Origin: Octopus bimaculoides
Lineage: Eukaryota
NCBI RefSeq assembly: GCF_001194135.2
Contig: NC_068982.1
Location: 124,222,313-124,286,312, forward strand
Direction of reading: 5' to 3'
DNA: 64,000 bases
In this document: positions 38,208 through 46,943 of the stretch, in pieces
Numbering within the stretch: position 1 is the stretch's first letter
Layout of the letters: every line of letters starts with the position of its first letter
Program-made: the position numbers and the translations under genes
The notes under the pieces: generated by a model
What the model was told of the DNA's origin: nothing
Seen by the model: the letters and a program-made list of their open reading frames with translations, nothing else
Databases searched by the model: none

Positions 38208-39845
38208 TACACACACACTAATATATACATGAACGGGCTGTTTGAGTGATTGAATCAACTAGAACACTTGTTGTAACCGATGAAGAGCCAGACCATCTAT
38301 AACAAATGGTGTGGAAAGTTCTTTTTTTTTAAAGTTGGCATTTGTATTTTCTGAGAAGAAAATCCAATACAGCCTCGTATTTTGTATCCCATGAGTGAAA
38401 TGGTGCAGCAATGAATATAGATAGATCCTGCTGCCAGCATTCTTTGAAGAGTTAAAGAGTCATGAACAAACATGGCATCTTTGGATGGTGCAACAAAGGA
38501 TTTAATCAATATATGAAAGATATTTCACAATGATGATGCAATTATTCAGTTGTTATCAGAATGAGAAAAGACACACACACAAACACATTTATAAACAGTC
38601 TGTTATTCTCTCTCTTTCTCTCTGTCCTTTTTGTTTCCTCTTACTCTTTCTCCCTCTTTGGCTGTCTGCCCATCTACTTTCTTTCTCTCCCTTTTCCCCT
38701 CTTTCTTTAGCCTCTCTAGGCTATCTATCTGAGATGAAAGAATACTTTGAATCAATAGTTGTTGTTGTTTAGCCAAGGTCAGTTCTGATCAAGCTGACCT
38801 ATGATCAAAAAATGGCATCCAAGCCATGAACATGCCTTCCTATCCACTTTTTTCTTTAGATTGTACTCTGGACTACATTGGTTGAGAAGATGGTTGAGTG
38901 TGTTTTGAGAAAGAATAGGCTGCTATTTCTAGCAAGTTTAGTAGCCATATTGACGCATCCTTATCGGCTCATTGAACCAATAGCTATTTGTCCATAAATA
39001 AAAATAGAATTACAGAAGTTATCCTCATTTCGTTTGATAAATATAAATGGATAATGAAGCAATATGGATTGGTGTCTTTCTACAATTCAACTTGGAATTA
39101 TTATTGGACAGAAAATGTATGATTTATTTCTAATTAACCTATAAAACAAATCAATAAATTTTATATAAGAATGTGTAATCAACTTAAGTTGTCTTTTCTA
39201 ATTTTTATTGTGTGTGTGCGTATATATNNNNNNNNNNNNNNNNNNNNNNNNNNNNNNNNNNNNNNNNNNNNNNNNNNNNNNNNNNNNNNNNNNNNNNNNN
39301 NNNNNNNNNNNNNNNNNNNNNNNNNNNNNNNNNNNNNNNNNNNNNNNNNNNNNNNNNNNNNNNNNNNNNNNNNNNNNNNNNNNNNNNNNNNNNNNNNNNN
39401 NNNNNNNNNNNNNNNNNNNNNNNNNNNNNNNNNNNNNNNNNNNNNNNNNNNNNNNNNNNNNNNNNNNNNNNNNNNNNTATAAAAGCAAAAAAAAAATGAT
39501 TCTCCTGGTGTAGGCACGGCTGTGTTGTAAGAAGTTTGCTTCTTAACCATACAGCTTGGGTTCATTCCCACTGTGTGGCACCTTGGGCAACTTAATTCTA
39601 TTGCAGGCCTGGGCTAACCAAAGCTTTGTGAGTTTACTGGAAAACAAGTGAGGTTAAGTGATAGGAAGAGCATTTGTCAATATGAATTCTGTCTCAACAA
39701 ATTCTGTCTAACCCATACAAGCATAGAAAAGTGAATGTTAAAATTAAAGGAAGCAAATGCTATTTGCTGTTGTTTGTTAAATATATTTCATCAATTATAC
39801 TTGAGCATACTTATGTCAAGGAGGTAGAAACTGAAAGAAGCCTGC

Positions 39846-39876
<31 letters not shown>

Positions 39877-42800
39877 GCATGTGTATATATCTGAGTGTAC
39901 ATGTATGTATATGTGAGCTTATCTTCTTGTCTTGACATCATGTGACTTGCAAAATGAATTCACCATCATACAGATAATGTTGTTCATTTCTTGTCTGCTG
40001 TGTAAACATGTCTAGCCATGTGGAAATATTATCTCACCAGAAAACAAGTGACAGGAAGAGCACTTGTCAATATGAACTCTGTCTCAAATTCTGTCTGACC
40101 TATACAAGCATAGAAAAGTGAATGTTAAAATTAAAAGAAACAATTGTTATTTGCTGTTGTTTGTTAAATATATTTCATCAATTATACTTGAACATACTTA
40201 TGTCAAGGAGGTAACCATATACTATCAAAATACTTTGAAACAACTCACAGACCCTGTACTTTAGAAATAATGTATAATCCTTTCGAGCATTGGGCCTCAT
40301 GGAGGCAAAGTGGCTGAGTTCCTTTCGAGTATTGGGCCTCATAGAGGCAATGACCAAGACCTTTGGCATTATGTCATGCTTGAGAAGACCCGTCAAGCCA
40401 AGCAAGATCACAGTTGTGACAGATACCGGGGTCATGCAAATGGCACCCATGCTGGTGGCATGTAGAAGTACCCATTACACTCTCAGAGTGGTTGGTGTTA
40501 GGAAGGGCATCCAGCTGTAGAAAACCATACTGAATCAGACTGGAATCTGGTGCAGCCTTCCAGCTTACCAGTCCTGGTCAAACTGTCCAACCCATGCCAG
40601 CATGGACAACAGATGTTAAATTATGATGATGTTGATGAAAAGTTACCAAGTGGAGGTGCATGGCTTAGTGGTTAGGTTACTAGACTCATGATCATAAGGC
40701 TGTAGTTTCAATTCCTGGACCAAGCGATGCATTGTGTTCTTGAGCAAAAACACTTCATTTCATGCTGCTCCAGTCCACTCAACTGGTAAAAATGAGTCAC
40801 CCTGCGATGGACCAGTCTCCTATCCAAGGAGGAAATATTTACCAGAGAAACCAGCAGACTGACCCTATGTTGCTTATTGGGTAATGTGGACCAACCAATA
40901 GGTACCAAATGCAATTTAAAACAAACTTCAAGATTTGATCAGTGTTCTAACTATAGCCATTCCTAGTTTGTTTTAGCCATTTTAAAATTTTCAATCCAAG
41001 AGAGAAGGGCAGCCTTTGAAACTAATGCGCAGGAGGGGTGTTTGGAAGTAAAATAGAAAAGGAAAATAGTGAAACATTTTCCTTTTCAGACTCATTCCTT
41101 GTAAGTCATAGAATTTAGAAGAAGAAATAGTTCTCATTTTTTGATGAATGTTTATTGTTTATACAGATGAATCACTTTAGATTTGAGGAAAAATTCCAAG
41201 CAGTTATTAGCTTCAATAGGTAGATTTTCTTTTCAATGTAAAGAACTGGAGGAATCAATAACAGACAAATATCTATTTACTTAGAAATTGCTAATTTGTC
41301 CAGGAAATCATTTGTAGGAAACTTTAAACAATTGTGTTCCATCAATGGTTAGTTTAAATAAATCAATTTACAATATGTTATAAAATATTAGCCAAGAAAG
41401 GAAATTTTGTTGTTACAGCAAGCAGCCTTATGAAATATTGATTACACTGAACTTATCAACATATTAAACAAAAGAGTAGAAATTGTGTTCAACATGAAAA
41501 ATTTGCAGCTTAAATCATGCCTCTTTGAGTAGCTTGTTGAATAAACTGGGGCAACACATGTAAATCTACACACATGTATAAGATGTTTTTCAAGAGACAA
41601 GCATATTAGCTAACTTTAAACAGTTACAAGTATATTAACTGACTTAACCCTTTGTCATTTAAACTGGCCATATCCAGCCCAAGTATTCTACTTTTTTATA
41701 TGTTCAAAGCCAGATCCAGTTTCCCACATCTCTTCTACAATGTCATTTTAAAAATAATCAATGACATCATTGATATCTTGAAGCTATGAGATAATACATA
41801 ATTTATTCTAAGTAATGTGAATAAATAAGCATCACATTTGACAGAATAATCTGAATGATAATGGGTTAAGTCCATTATTCCCTAAGGAGCAGAGGCCATT
41901 GATGATGATTTTTCTTCACTATTCTTGGCTCTGGGCTGTTATGGCAACTCTCTCAGTATGGGATAAGTACTATTATCAGTGGGTCAGGTCTGGAATCCCT
42001 GAAGGGAGGCCTTCCTCACTCAGGTCTTAATGTGTGCTTAACCTCTTAACATTACACTCTTCTTTCTTTGTACATTATAGCAAACACTTCTGATATCCAG
42101 TTTTTCTTTTGGTGTACTTGTGTGCTCTGTCATTCATGCCTGCTAGTATCACATATGCTGTAGAATATGCTGGTCTCATTTCTTATCAGCCTTTACTTAT
42201 CCTCTATATTCAGTAATCACGTCTCACTACCAACGTGTGTGTGTGTGTATGCATCACTGTCATCGATTCATACAGGCTTGTACTTCACAGGCGCTGGTTC
42301 CACATAAAATGCACTCAAGCCAATATTGTGTAAGCATATCTGTGCTGGTGGCACTTAAAAAACACCCAGCACACTCTGTAAAGTGGTTGGCATTAGGAAG
42401 GGCATCCAGCTGTAGAAACCATACCACAACAGGCAAGTTGTGTCTAGACTCCAATTGAAGTCTGGATAGCTCCTTGGCTGGCCAGCACCTATCAAAGCAT
42501 CCAACCCATGCTAGCATAGAAAACGGACATTAAAGGATGATGATGATTATGTCCGCTATGTGTATGTAACTATTATGACTTTGTTATATTTATAATATCA
42601 TTCAACATATTCTCCTCTCAGATTCACACACTTATTGCAGTGGTCCTGTAAAAGAGCTCAAAAGGTTGAGCTTCCAGTCGGGCCTTTCATGATATCCTTA
42701 AAGCCAGGAACTTTTCGGCACCCCCTTGTATATATGCATGTATGTGTGTGTGCCACACACATTCATTTTCACACATACACAAATGTCAATTATTTATAGG

Positions 42801-45800
42801 GTAACAAAAATGATTTTGGAAGTGCTATTACAAGCTTGTATATTATCTTATTGGGAAAGTATTCATAAAATTGCCAGAAATGCCATAGACCAAGTTGTCT
42901 TTGAGAAAAAGATTAGACTAGATTGAGATAGACTAAAGATTAAAGTTCAGAGGTTATTTATGTTTTACTTGACATTTGTGGCTGTTTTGTGTAAATAATG
43001 AGGACAAATGCATTTTGTTAGAGATCATTAAGTTTACGTCTACTAGTTGAAATGTCAGTAATATCAAATCAACTACAAATTTATTTATTTCTTTATTTCA
43101 TTATCTGTACTGTTTTAAAGGTATTAAATTTAATATTTTAAAATCTATTTAATTTAGCAAAGAAGGAATTTTTGTGCTAATGGTTTACATTAAAGGATTA
43201 TAATTTCAACTCTTATCTAATAATGCTAAGTATCGTTCACTCTCTGGTTTAAGCATAAATTTCTACTTTGTAAAAACTTAGCCCTTTGGAATGTTCTTTC
43301 ACTGTGAGAGTAAATGTATTTACTTATATTGAGATTATCAATATGTTGTATGGTGTTGTCTGTAATTGTTGACTCATCTTTTTAGTTGAGCCCATATCAT
43401 GGCCAGTAGTAATTCTGTTATCTATAACAAAGTGTATTTCTAGAGGAAATTGTGACTTATGTTGCATCAGACTGCTGAATTATTCTTACACTAATCCAAA
43501 TCACTATTCTTTAATTGTGGCTCACATCTGTCTTTAAAATGTATTTTTAACTTGAAGAATTATATAGCTTTGTTACTTATTTTAGACTTTTTTCTTTTCT
43601 ATGAAAATTTCTCTCTAATAATGTTCATTTAACATTTGTGTTCTGATTAATGTAAAAAATGTATCTTGAAAGTTTAGTTGATCTCTCTTATTAAGCTGAA
43701 ATTAAAAAAAGAAATTGATTTCAGGTTAACAATAAGTGAACTGCAAAGCGAGAAAAATGAACTTTTCAAAGAGGTGAAACTTCTGCAACAAAAGCTCCAT
43801 GGGGAAGTACCGAAAGTAAGTAAGATATTCCTAGTCTTCTCTGAAAAACATGTTTGGGGCATGGGAAATATTAGCTTGCTTGGAAAAAGGCGAGGGTTAG
43901 TGACAGGAAGGGCAGCTGGCTGTTGAAAATCTGCCTCAAATTCCATTTGATCCAGCAAACACGCAAAAGTGGATGCTAAAAATGGTGATAATCATTATGA
44001 TGATACATTGTCTATTTATTGTTTCAGATGACTGAAGACATGTTACAGAAAGCTAGAAGCTATGATTCTTTAATATCTAAAAACACAGAGCTTACAGTGC
44101 AACTGAAAACATTGAAACTTGAAAAAGATAAACAATCCTCTGAAATCTTCCAGGTAAGATATTCTTTTCTTATTTTACTTGTTTCAGCCATTTGATTGCA
44201 ACCATGCTGGAGCACTGGCTTTAGTCGAACAATTCGACTTCAGGACTTATTCTTTGTAAGCCTAGTACTTATTCTATTGGTCTCTTTTGTTGAACTGCTA
44301 AGTTATAGGGATGTAAACACAACATCGGTTGTCAAGCGATGGTGGGAGGACAAACACAGACACACAAATACACACACACACACACGACAGGCTTCTTTCA
44401 GTTTCCGTCTACCAAATTCACTCACAAGGCTTTGGTCGGCCTGAGGCTATAGCAGGAGACACTTACCCAAGGTGCCACACAGTGGGACTGAACCTGGAAC
44501 CATGTGGTTAGGAAGCAAGCTTCTTACCACACAGCCACTCCTATGCCTCATAAAAAAAAACCCTAATAGAATAGTGTTTCAAAACTGTAAAATCAAAGAT
44601 GTTCAATTTATGCTTTCCTTGGTCATTAAAATTGCCAAATTATAATTGTTGCCAATGAATCAGTCATTTGATACTTTCTGTCATTGAATTGTGAGCTGGC
44701 AGAAATGTTAGCATGCCGGGCGAAATGCTTAGCGGTATTTCGTCTGTCTTTAAGTTCTGAGTTCAAATTCCGCCAAGGTCAACTTTGCCTTTCATCCTTT
44801 CGAGGTCAAAAAATTAAGTACCAGTTACGCACTGGGGTCAATATAATCAACTTAATCCGTTTGTCTGTCCCCTCTGTGTGTAGCCCCTTGTGGGCAGTAA
44901 ATAAATAAGAATTGTCGGACAATATGCTTACTGACATTTCTTCTCGCTCTTTATGCTCTGAGTTCAAATATGGCCAAGGTCAACTTTGACTTTCATCCTG
45001 TTGGAGTTGATAAAATAAACAGCGGGGGGGATATAGAATTTTTTTTTTTNNNNNNNNNNNNNNNGGGGGGGGGGTGTTGCCCAAAAGTTTCAGAAAAAAT
45101 ACTATATATATATAAGGTGAGAATTCGTAATAAATGGACATATTTTTATGTATTCTTTGTTGTGGCAGACCATAAGCATATGAAACTAATGCTGTGAAAC
45201 TGCTGGAAATAAAATAACAATGTTATTATATTTGCAACAGTGCAGCTAGAAAGGGTGTTGCCCGGGCAACTAGGGCAATACCCCTGTATCCACCACTGCT
45301 AAGTACCAGTTGAGCATTGGGGGTCAGTGTCATTGACTTTGCTTTCCCCTAAAATTTATGGCCTTGTGCCAAAGTTTAAAACCATTATTATGATTAAGTA
45401 GTGAACTAACAGTCATTAACACTTTGGACATTAACACTTTTGGACATTAACACTTTATAGTCTGATTCAAGCATGGCCAAGTTCAACTTTATTTTTCATC
45501 CTGTTGGGGTTGATAAAATAAAGTACCAATCAAATACTGGGATCAATGGCATTGACTAACTCCCTACCTTAAATTTCAGGCCTTGCATCTATATTTGAAA
45601 TGATTATTAACATGATCATAATTATTATGATAATGTCACTGATCAGTTCTGAACAGTAAAGTTGCATATTAATAATTCTTGGATAAATTTCTAATTATGT
45701 ATATTTTAATCAGCTTGTTAAAAAGTAGTCTTTAATATTTTTGTTATTGAACTTAATTCTTAATTTGATGGTGCTTTGTAAAGAAAAGCATAATATTTAA

Positions 45801-46943
45801 TATAATATATTAAATACAAGCAACACACAGCAAAGAGAAAGAGACAAAAATAAAATAACACGTATTGAAATTTTTTTCTAAAAACGTTCAGTGACGTTAA
45901 CTAGAGTTTGGAGTTCGAGTAGACATCATTCCACCTTTTCATTTATCATTACCATTCTTTTCATTCGATTTTATTTTTTCCCTACTTTTTTGTTTTGTCT
46001 GTCCTTGTGCTGTTCCCTCTGTGTTTCGACCCTGTGTGGTTAATAAAAAAATCAAGTCGTCAGGTATATATATGTATGTGTAGATGTGTGTGTGTGTTGA
46101 CACTGGCCAGCCTGCACTTCACGCATGTCAGTCGTCAGGTATGTATATGTATGTGTAGATGTTTGTGTGGGTGTGTTTAATATCGTACCGTATATAGTAT
46201 GTCTGTATTTTTGCATGCAGTGTAAAATAACTATATGTATGTATGCATGTATATATGTGAGATGTATGTATGCCTGTATATATGTGAGAGTATGGTTTCA
46301 CTGTAGTAGATTCAGTACGAAAATGAAACCATTAAAGTGAAAGTATTTGTCATTACAGTATCGAAATGTGATTGTTTCAGTTTTGATACTGAAATAGTGG
46401 AAAAGTTTCATTTTTAAAGTGAAAGTATTTGACATAAGTGTTTTTGTTCACTTTTGACACATAATACTTAAATAGTGGAGGAGATATTACGTTGCTGTGG
46501 GCTCGAACTATGCAAGAAGTTAAAAAATTATTTTGACTAAAACACAACCGGGACCCTAAGTAAGGCATGTGTAAAATTTGAATGAAATTGGTTGTGTAGT
46601 TCTGGAGTTTTAGGGATTCACACAGACACACACAGACATACATTCTCATTTATATATATATATAGATTATAATATATGATTAAATGTCATAATATATGAT
46701 TTAGCCCAACCTATGTATGGATGGAAAAATGGGCATAAAACAAATGATCAATGAAAAAATGATTAATGTGATTAGTATTGAGTAATGCATCTATTTTTAT
46801 AATCTGTTACATGTGACTTGTTATCATTACAGCTAAAAGATGAACTGAAGAATTTTAGACCAGAATTCTTTGAAGAGATTGAAGATTTGAAGTACAATTA
46901 TAGAGAAGCTATGAAAAAACTTGCACTTTATGAAAATAAATGA
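422..46943 (+). CDS. CEP290: CEP290 (centrosomal protein of 290 kDa), 3' half; multi-exon span, 5' part lies upstream of the window
   Basis: 24 GT-AG exons splice into a coiled-coil ORF collinear with my recollection of human CEP290 C-terminal half (GAIPLSKQEKF~GALPLAQQEKF; KEANSRA; WEEKKKW~WEEGKKW; KDVPRLK~KDLPRLK; KKVVDRVQSENEQLK~KKVVEKVQRENEQLK; FFEEIEDLKYNY identical). Visible exons total 3395 nt (3n+2), so one exon is missing in a gap. Confidence 0.96.
1100..1285 (+). mobile_element. CR1 3'UTR fragment with long (ATT)n tail
   Basis: Homologous to 51720-51885 (atcatgactcatacactgttca...gagcactatacacaataatttcattatt). Confidence 0.8.
3300..3383. repeat. (GAT)n microsatellite (representative)
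   Basis: Other microsatellites: (ATT)n 1240-1285, (AAC/AAT)n 3066-3103, (CA)n 6563-6600, (TG)n 18145-18180, (TA)n 38135-38200. Confidence 0.95.
5476..5676 (+). CDS. CEP290: CEP290 exon b (VKEQRRQVEDKLAELELL...QISRLQEQ)
   Basis: ttacag / GTAATA, 201 nt, phase 0/0. Confidence 0.93.
6454..6560. repeat. Perfect 45-bp inverted repeat (hairpin)
   Basis: 6454-6498 is the exact reverse complement of 6516-6560. Confidence 0.95.
7133..7321 (+). CDS. CEP290: CEP290 exon c (ISLHEKTIKNQE...WEFREQELER...SATAQ)
   Basis: ttttag / GTAAGT, 189 nt, phase 0/0. Confidence 0.93.
8075..8484 (-). mobile_element. RTE-clade LINE ORF2 fragment (EN-RT linker)
   Basis: RWTEDLFEDE...KIFKFEVEHTIKMTGKGRALGPD resembles the RTE linker RW.E...I...EV..AIK....KA.GPD. 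Confidence 0.6.
8603..8737 (+). CDS. CEP290: CEP290 exon d (FNKNLGKLPDTSQPVAVQLENA...QVLKK)
   Basis: ttttag / GTAAGA, 135 nt; matches the human SIPDPSLPLPNQLEIA region. Confidence 0.92.
10000..10224 (+). CDS. CEP290: CEP290 exon e (RVEQLQAVAQE...RLQMPATVDR...AVSSLK)
   Basis: atttag / GTTAGC, 225 nt, phase 0/0. Confidence 0.92.
10272..10790 (-). mobile_element. RTE 3'-end repeat (family C), young copy
   Basis: (CAT)n tail, tccatgctagcatgggttggacg core, internal tandem units. Other copies: 1285-1700, 12895-13085(-), 17820-17965(-), 23600-23900, 24420-24790(-), 27250-27605, 40285-40635, 42300-42545, 47460-47675, 50085-50750, 53090-53400(-), 58000-58335(-). Confidence 0.88.
10962..11180 (+). 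CDS. CEP290: CEP290 exon f (ARIQLKEESIK...DEAFKKQ)
   Basis: ttttag / GTAAAT, 219 nt, phase 0/0. Confidence 0.93.
11600..12010 (-). mobile_element. Second RTE-type LINE 3' fragment with a C-terminal zinc-finger remnant
   Basis: Minus frames give IKTILEKFQLNWLRHVMCMSDSHLSKRILY and FICPFYKQSCTQRI. Confidence 0.6.
12569..12723 (+). CDS. CEP290: CEP290 exon g (MIHMSALEDLIAERD...DQAKE)
   Basis: cttcag / GTGCGT, 155 nt, ends phase 2, matching the next exon. Confidence 0.9.
13932..14145 (+). CDS. CEP290: CEP290 exon h (LLRKHDAEL...KEANSRASNASV...ENQIQ)
   Basis: ttgtag / GTTAGA, 214 nt, phase 2/0. Confidence 0.92.
15285..15422 (+). CDS. CEP290: CEP290 exon i (ALNKALSKIRTDLL...QTENLS)
   Basis: tgttag / GTAAGT, 138 nt. 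Confidence 0.92.
15996..16110 (+). CDS. CEP290: CEP290 exon j (SEIEEIRSQNEKLK...LQEKL)
   Basis: tttcag / GTAAGG, 115 nt, phase 0/1. Confidence 0.9.
16811..17045. mobile_element. hAT/Charlie-type MITE
   Basis: Right end gattggggacccctg; left subterminal tttttgtaccatggactggttttatgcaagacaattttcccacag. Confidence 0.65.
17082..17315. mobile_element. Second hAT-type MITE, right end disrupted by a SINE
   Basis: Starts aagtggttctcaacc; inverted homologue at 63840-64000 (cagtgattctcaac). Confidence 0.6.
17321..17625 (+). mobile_element. tRNA-derived SINE family D
   Basis: A-box TGGCCTAGTGG, B-box GGTTCGAATC, (CAA)n tail, gttgttgt TSD; related copies 40650-40885, 50213-50460, 48740-48965(-), 54050-54197(-), 56300-56432(-). 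Confidence 0.8.
19149..19427 (-). mobile_element. ~280-bp hammerhead-bearing insert (retrozyme/Penelope pLTR-like) inside an antisense SINE-A copy
   Basis: Splits SINE-A (about 19060-19560) between ggtacttattttatt and ttattgactccaaaagg; CpG-rich; several hairpins plus the hammerhead fold. Confidence 0.6.
19312..19363 (-). ncRNA. Minimal type I hammerhead ribozyme motif (U3-A8 core variant)
   Basis: Minus strand reads GGCTGC TCTGCA TTGATAA GGGG CAACA CCCT GAAA CTAG TC|TGTAGA TGCC: 6-bp stem I, core UUGAUAA, 4-bp stem II, GAAA, palindromic ACUAGU stem III, GUC cleavage triplet. Confidence 0.75.
19710..19816 (+). CDS. CEP290: CEP290 exon k (EKKNSLIQKLKQEK...MKATSQ)
   Basis: tcacag / GTATCT, 107 nt, phase 1/0. 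Confidence 0.88.
20330..20700 (-). mobile_element. Decayed LINE 3' end (CR1/L2/I-type)
   Basis: A minus frame gives HHIQSFILRTSTSWNFSL, resembling SFFPRTS.LWNSLP. Confidence 0.4.
20769..20900 (+). CDS. CEP290: CEP290 exon l (KLQESEGQELSEMRRKV...TEKPK)
   Basis: taatag / GTGATA, 132 nt; followed by a 93-nt intron. Confidence 0.88.
20994..21133 (+). CDS. CEP290: CEP290 exon m (NVEIIKWEEKKKWEK...KTALD)
   Basis: atgtag / GTATTT, 140 nt, phase 0/2; matches human EELIRWEEGKKW. Confidence 0.92.
21250..21688. mobile_element. piggyBac-type MITE F with MITE E nested inside (21373-21592)
   Basis: TTAA|CCCTTTTG...AAAAGG|TTAA outer ends; inner CCCTTTAGCATT...AATGCTAAAGGG flanked by TTAC/TTAA. Confidence 0.85.
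21793..22358. other. Assembly gap (566 N), predicted to hide a CEP290 exon
   Basis: Run of N; other gaps at 1624-1633, 18278-18389, 39228-39477 and 45050-45063. Confidence 0.95.
22490..22624 (+). CDS. CEP290: CEP290 exon o (ISKLNRKLSKHEDQ...KFLEGK)
   Basis: ttacag / GTTTGT, 135 nt, phase 0/0. Confidence 0.85.
25422..25643. mobile_element. piggyBac-type MITE F (222 bp)
   Basis: TTAA TSDs, CCCTTTTG/CAAAAGGG TIRs; other copies near 4278-4492, 52215-52300 (partial) and 54735-54957. Confidence 0.85.
26023..26163 (+). CDS. CEP290: CEP290 exon p (DNINCKEYQ...SKENIEIHFEMEEAKKDVPRLK)
   Basis: tttcag / GTAAAT, 141 nt. Confidence 0.94.
27113..27199 (+). CDS. CEP290: CEP290 exon q (ARVDDLQTYIEALKAENKRLSGDKSEVTK)
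   Basis: ataaag / GTAAGA, 87 nt. Confidence 0.9.
28873..29345. mobile_element. Fold-back MITE (~200-bp degenerate inverted arms)
   Basis: 28960-29060 is the reverse complement of 29150-29270; both arms are homologous to 61955-62145. Confidence 0.7.
29376..29522 (+). CDS. CEP290: CEP290 exon r (VGESGKSPKELEKIIALLKKVVDRVQSENEQLK...LDLV)
   Basis: ttacag / GTGAGT, 147 nt, strongly conserved motif. Confidence 0.94.
29552..29771. mobile_element. piggyBac-type MITE E (220 bp), 30 nt downstream of the exon r donor
   Basis: TTAA flanks on both sides, TIRs of CCCTTTAGCATT type; other copies 31137-31354, 41648-41865, 50510-50722, 59442-59635. Confidence 0.85.
29872..31012 (+). mobile_element. 5'-truncated RTE-clade LINE (RT C-terminus with PHD-like finger, 3'UTR, (GAT)n tail)
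   Basis: Degenerate ORF2: CSVC..CTRC..HKRC..CGRC, VDSFRYQG, RLERNEARML, CWYGHV, VEGTCGRGKLRKTW; ends gttaaacgatgatgatgat. Confidence 0.9.
32113..32235 (+). CDS. CEP290: CEP290 exon s (QKVRDLEKKLGQ...EKLRKDLLK)
   Basis: catcag / GTGAGT, 123 nt. Confidence 0.92.
32795..32974 (+). CDS. CEP290: CEP290 exon t (ETDLKMKLQNQ...KLEEDLENK)
   Basis: ttgcag / GTAATA, 180 nt. Confidence 0.9.
34467..34817 (+). mobile_element. SINE family A copy with 15-bp TSD and five tandem A-box heads
   Basis: TSD agaaactgaaagaag at 34452-34466 and 34818-34832. About 18 other A copies, e.g. 1771, 3770, 4728, 13152, 14351, 24135(-), 25741, 33630(-), 37635(-), 44690, 49058(-), 52345(-), 60130-60855(-). Confidence 0.9.
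35160..35252 (+). CDS. CEP290: CEP290 exon u (RKTMADMKILLRESAEREQDLLQEKQELLRK)
   Basis: ttgtag / GTAACA, 93 nt; matches human LVKEATEREQ. Confidence 0.92.
35700..35825 (+). mobile_element. Short RTE ORF2 remnant
   Basis: GLSGLNVEMLKASG resembles the RTE motif G.SG...EMLKASG. Confidence 0.5.
36120..36304 (-). pseudogene. pogo/Tigger transposase N-terminal HTH remnant
   Basis: MEPVKRKNMKTPDPNK*CR*VYSLKEKVEMIEKIHDGRSFSVVGHESGINESIVHSIYK resembles the Tigger psq-HTH pattern (TL.EKVE.....G.S...V....GINESTV..I.K). Confidence 0.75.
36690..37170 (+). mobile_element. SINE family G (B-type head plus RTE-type tail)
   Basis: Same head as B, but ends ggaaaggcatccagctgtagaaaatttgcc...gacccatgcaagcat; other copies 34315-35090, 39505-40130, 43830-44000, 57220-57380. 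Confidence 0.75.
37353..37429 (+). CDS. CEP290: CEP290 exon v (IQLLESIPNESINSDAALNHAYRKA)
   Basis: ttccag / GTAAGT, 77 nt, phase 0/2. Confidence 0.9.
37932..38034. repeat. Near-perfect ~47-bp inverted repeat (hairpin)
   Basis: cagtaccagcatgctgacatagcagtcaaactgaccaaaccataag / cttgtggtttggtcagtttgactgctatgtcagtatgctggtactg. Confidence 0.95.
43725..43815 (+). CDS. CEP290: CEP290 exon w (LTISELQSEKNELFKEVKLLQQKLHGEVPK)
   Basis: tttcag / GTAAGT, 91 nt, phase 2/0. Confidence 0.9.
44028..44153 (+). CDS. CEP290: CEP290 exon x (MTEDMLQKARSYDSL...SSEIFQ)
   Basis: tttcag / GTAAGA, 126 nt. Confidence 0.9.
45019..45299. mobile_element. PIF/Harbinger-type MITE inside a SINE-A copy
   Basis: TAA duplicated at 45016-45018 and 45300-45302; TIRs acagcggggggga / atccaccactgc; host SINE is split at gataaaataa|gtaccag; contains a 14-N gap. 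Confidence 0.7.
46102..46666 (-). mobile_element. Non-autonomous Helitron-like element
   Basis: Minus 5' end A|TCTATATATATATAAATGAGAATG...; putative 3' end gcgtgaagtgcaggctggCCAG|T. The 3' boundary is uncertain. Confidence 0.55.
46833..46943 (+). CDS. CEP290: CEP290 terminal coding exon (LKDELKNFRPEFFEEIEDLKYNYREAMKKLALYENK*)
   Basis: ttacag acceptor, TGA at 46941-46943; hallmark FFEEIEDLKYNY motif. Confidence 0.95.
   Translation, partial: LKDELKNFRPEFFEEIEDLKYNYREAMKKLALYENK

Noticed and set aside
38270-38300. ccgatgaagagcc, a hammerhead-like half core
   Set aside because: U4 is mutated and no stem II or GAAA follows.
39228-39477. Gap as a site of another hidden exon (also 18278-18389)
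   Set aside because: Flanking exon phases match and the protein is collinear with human CEP290 across these gaps.
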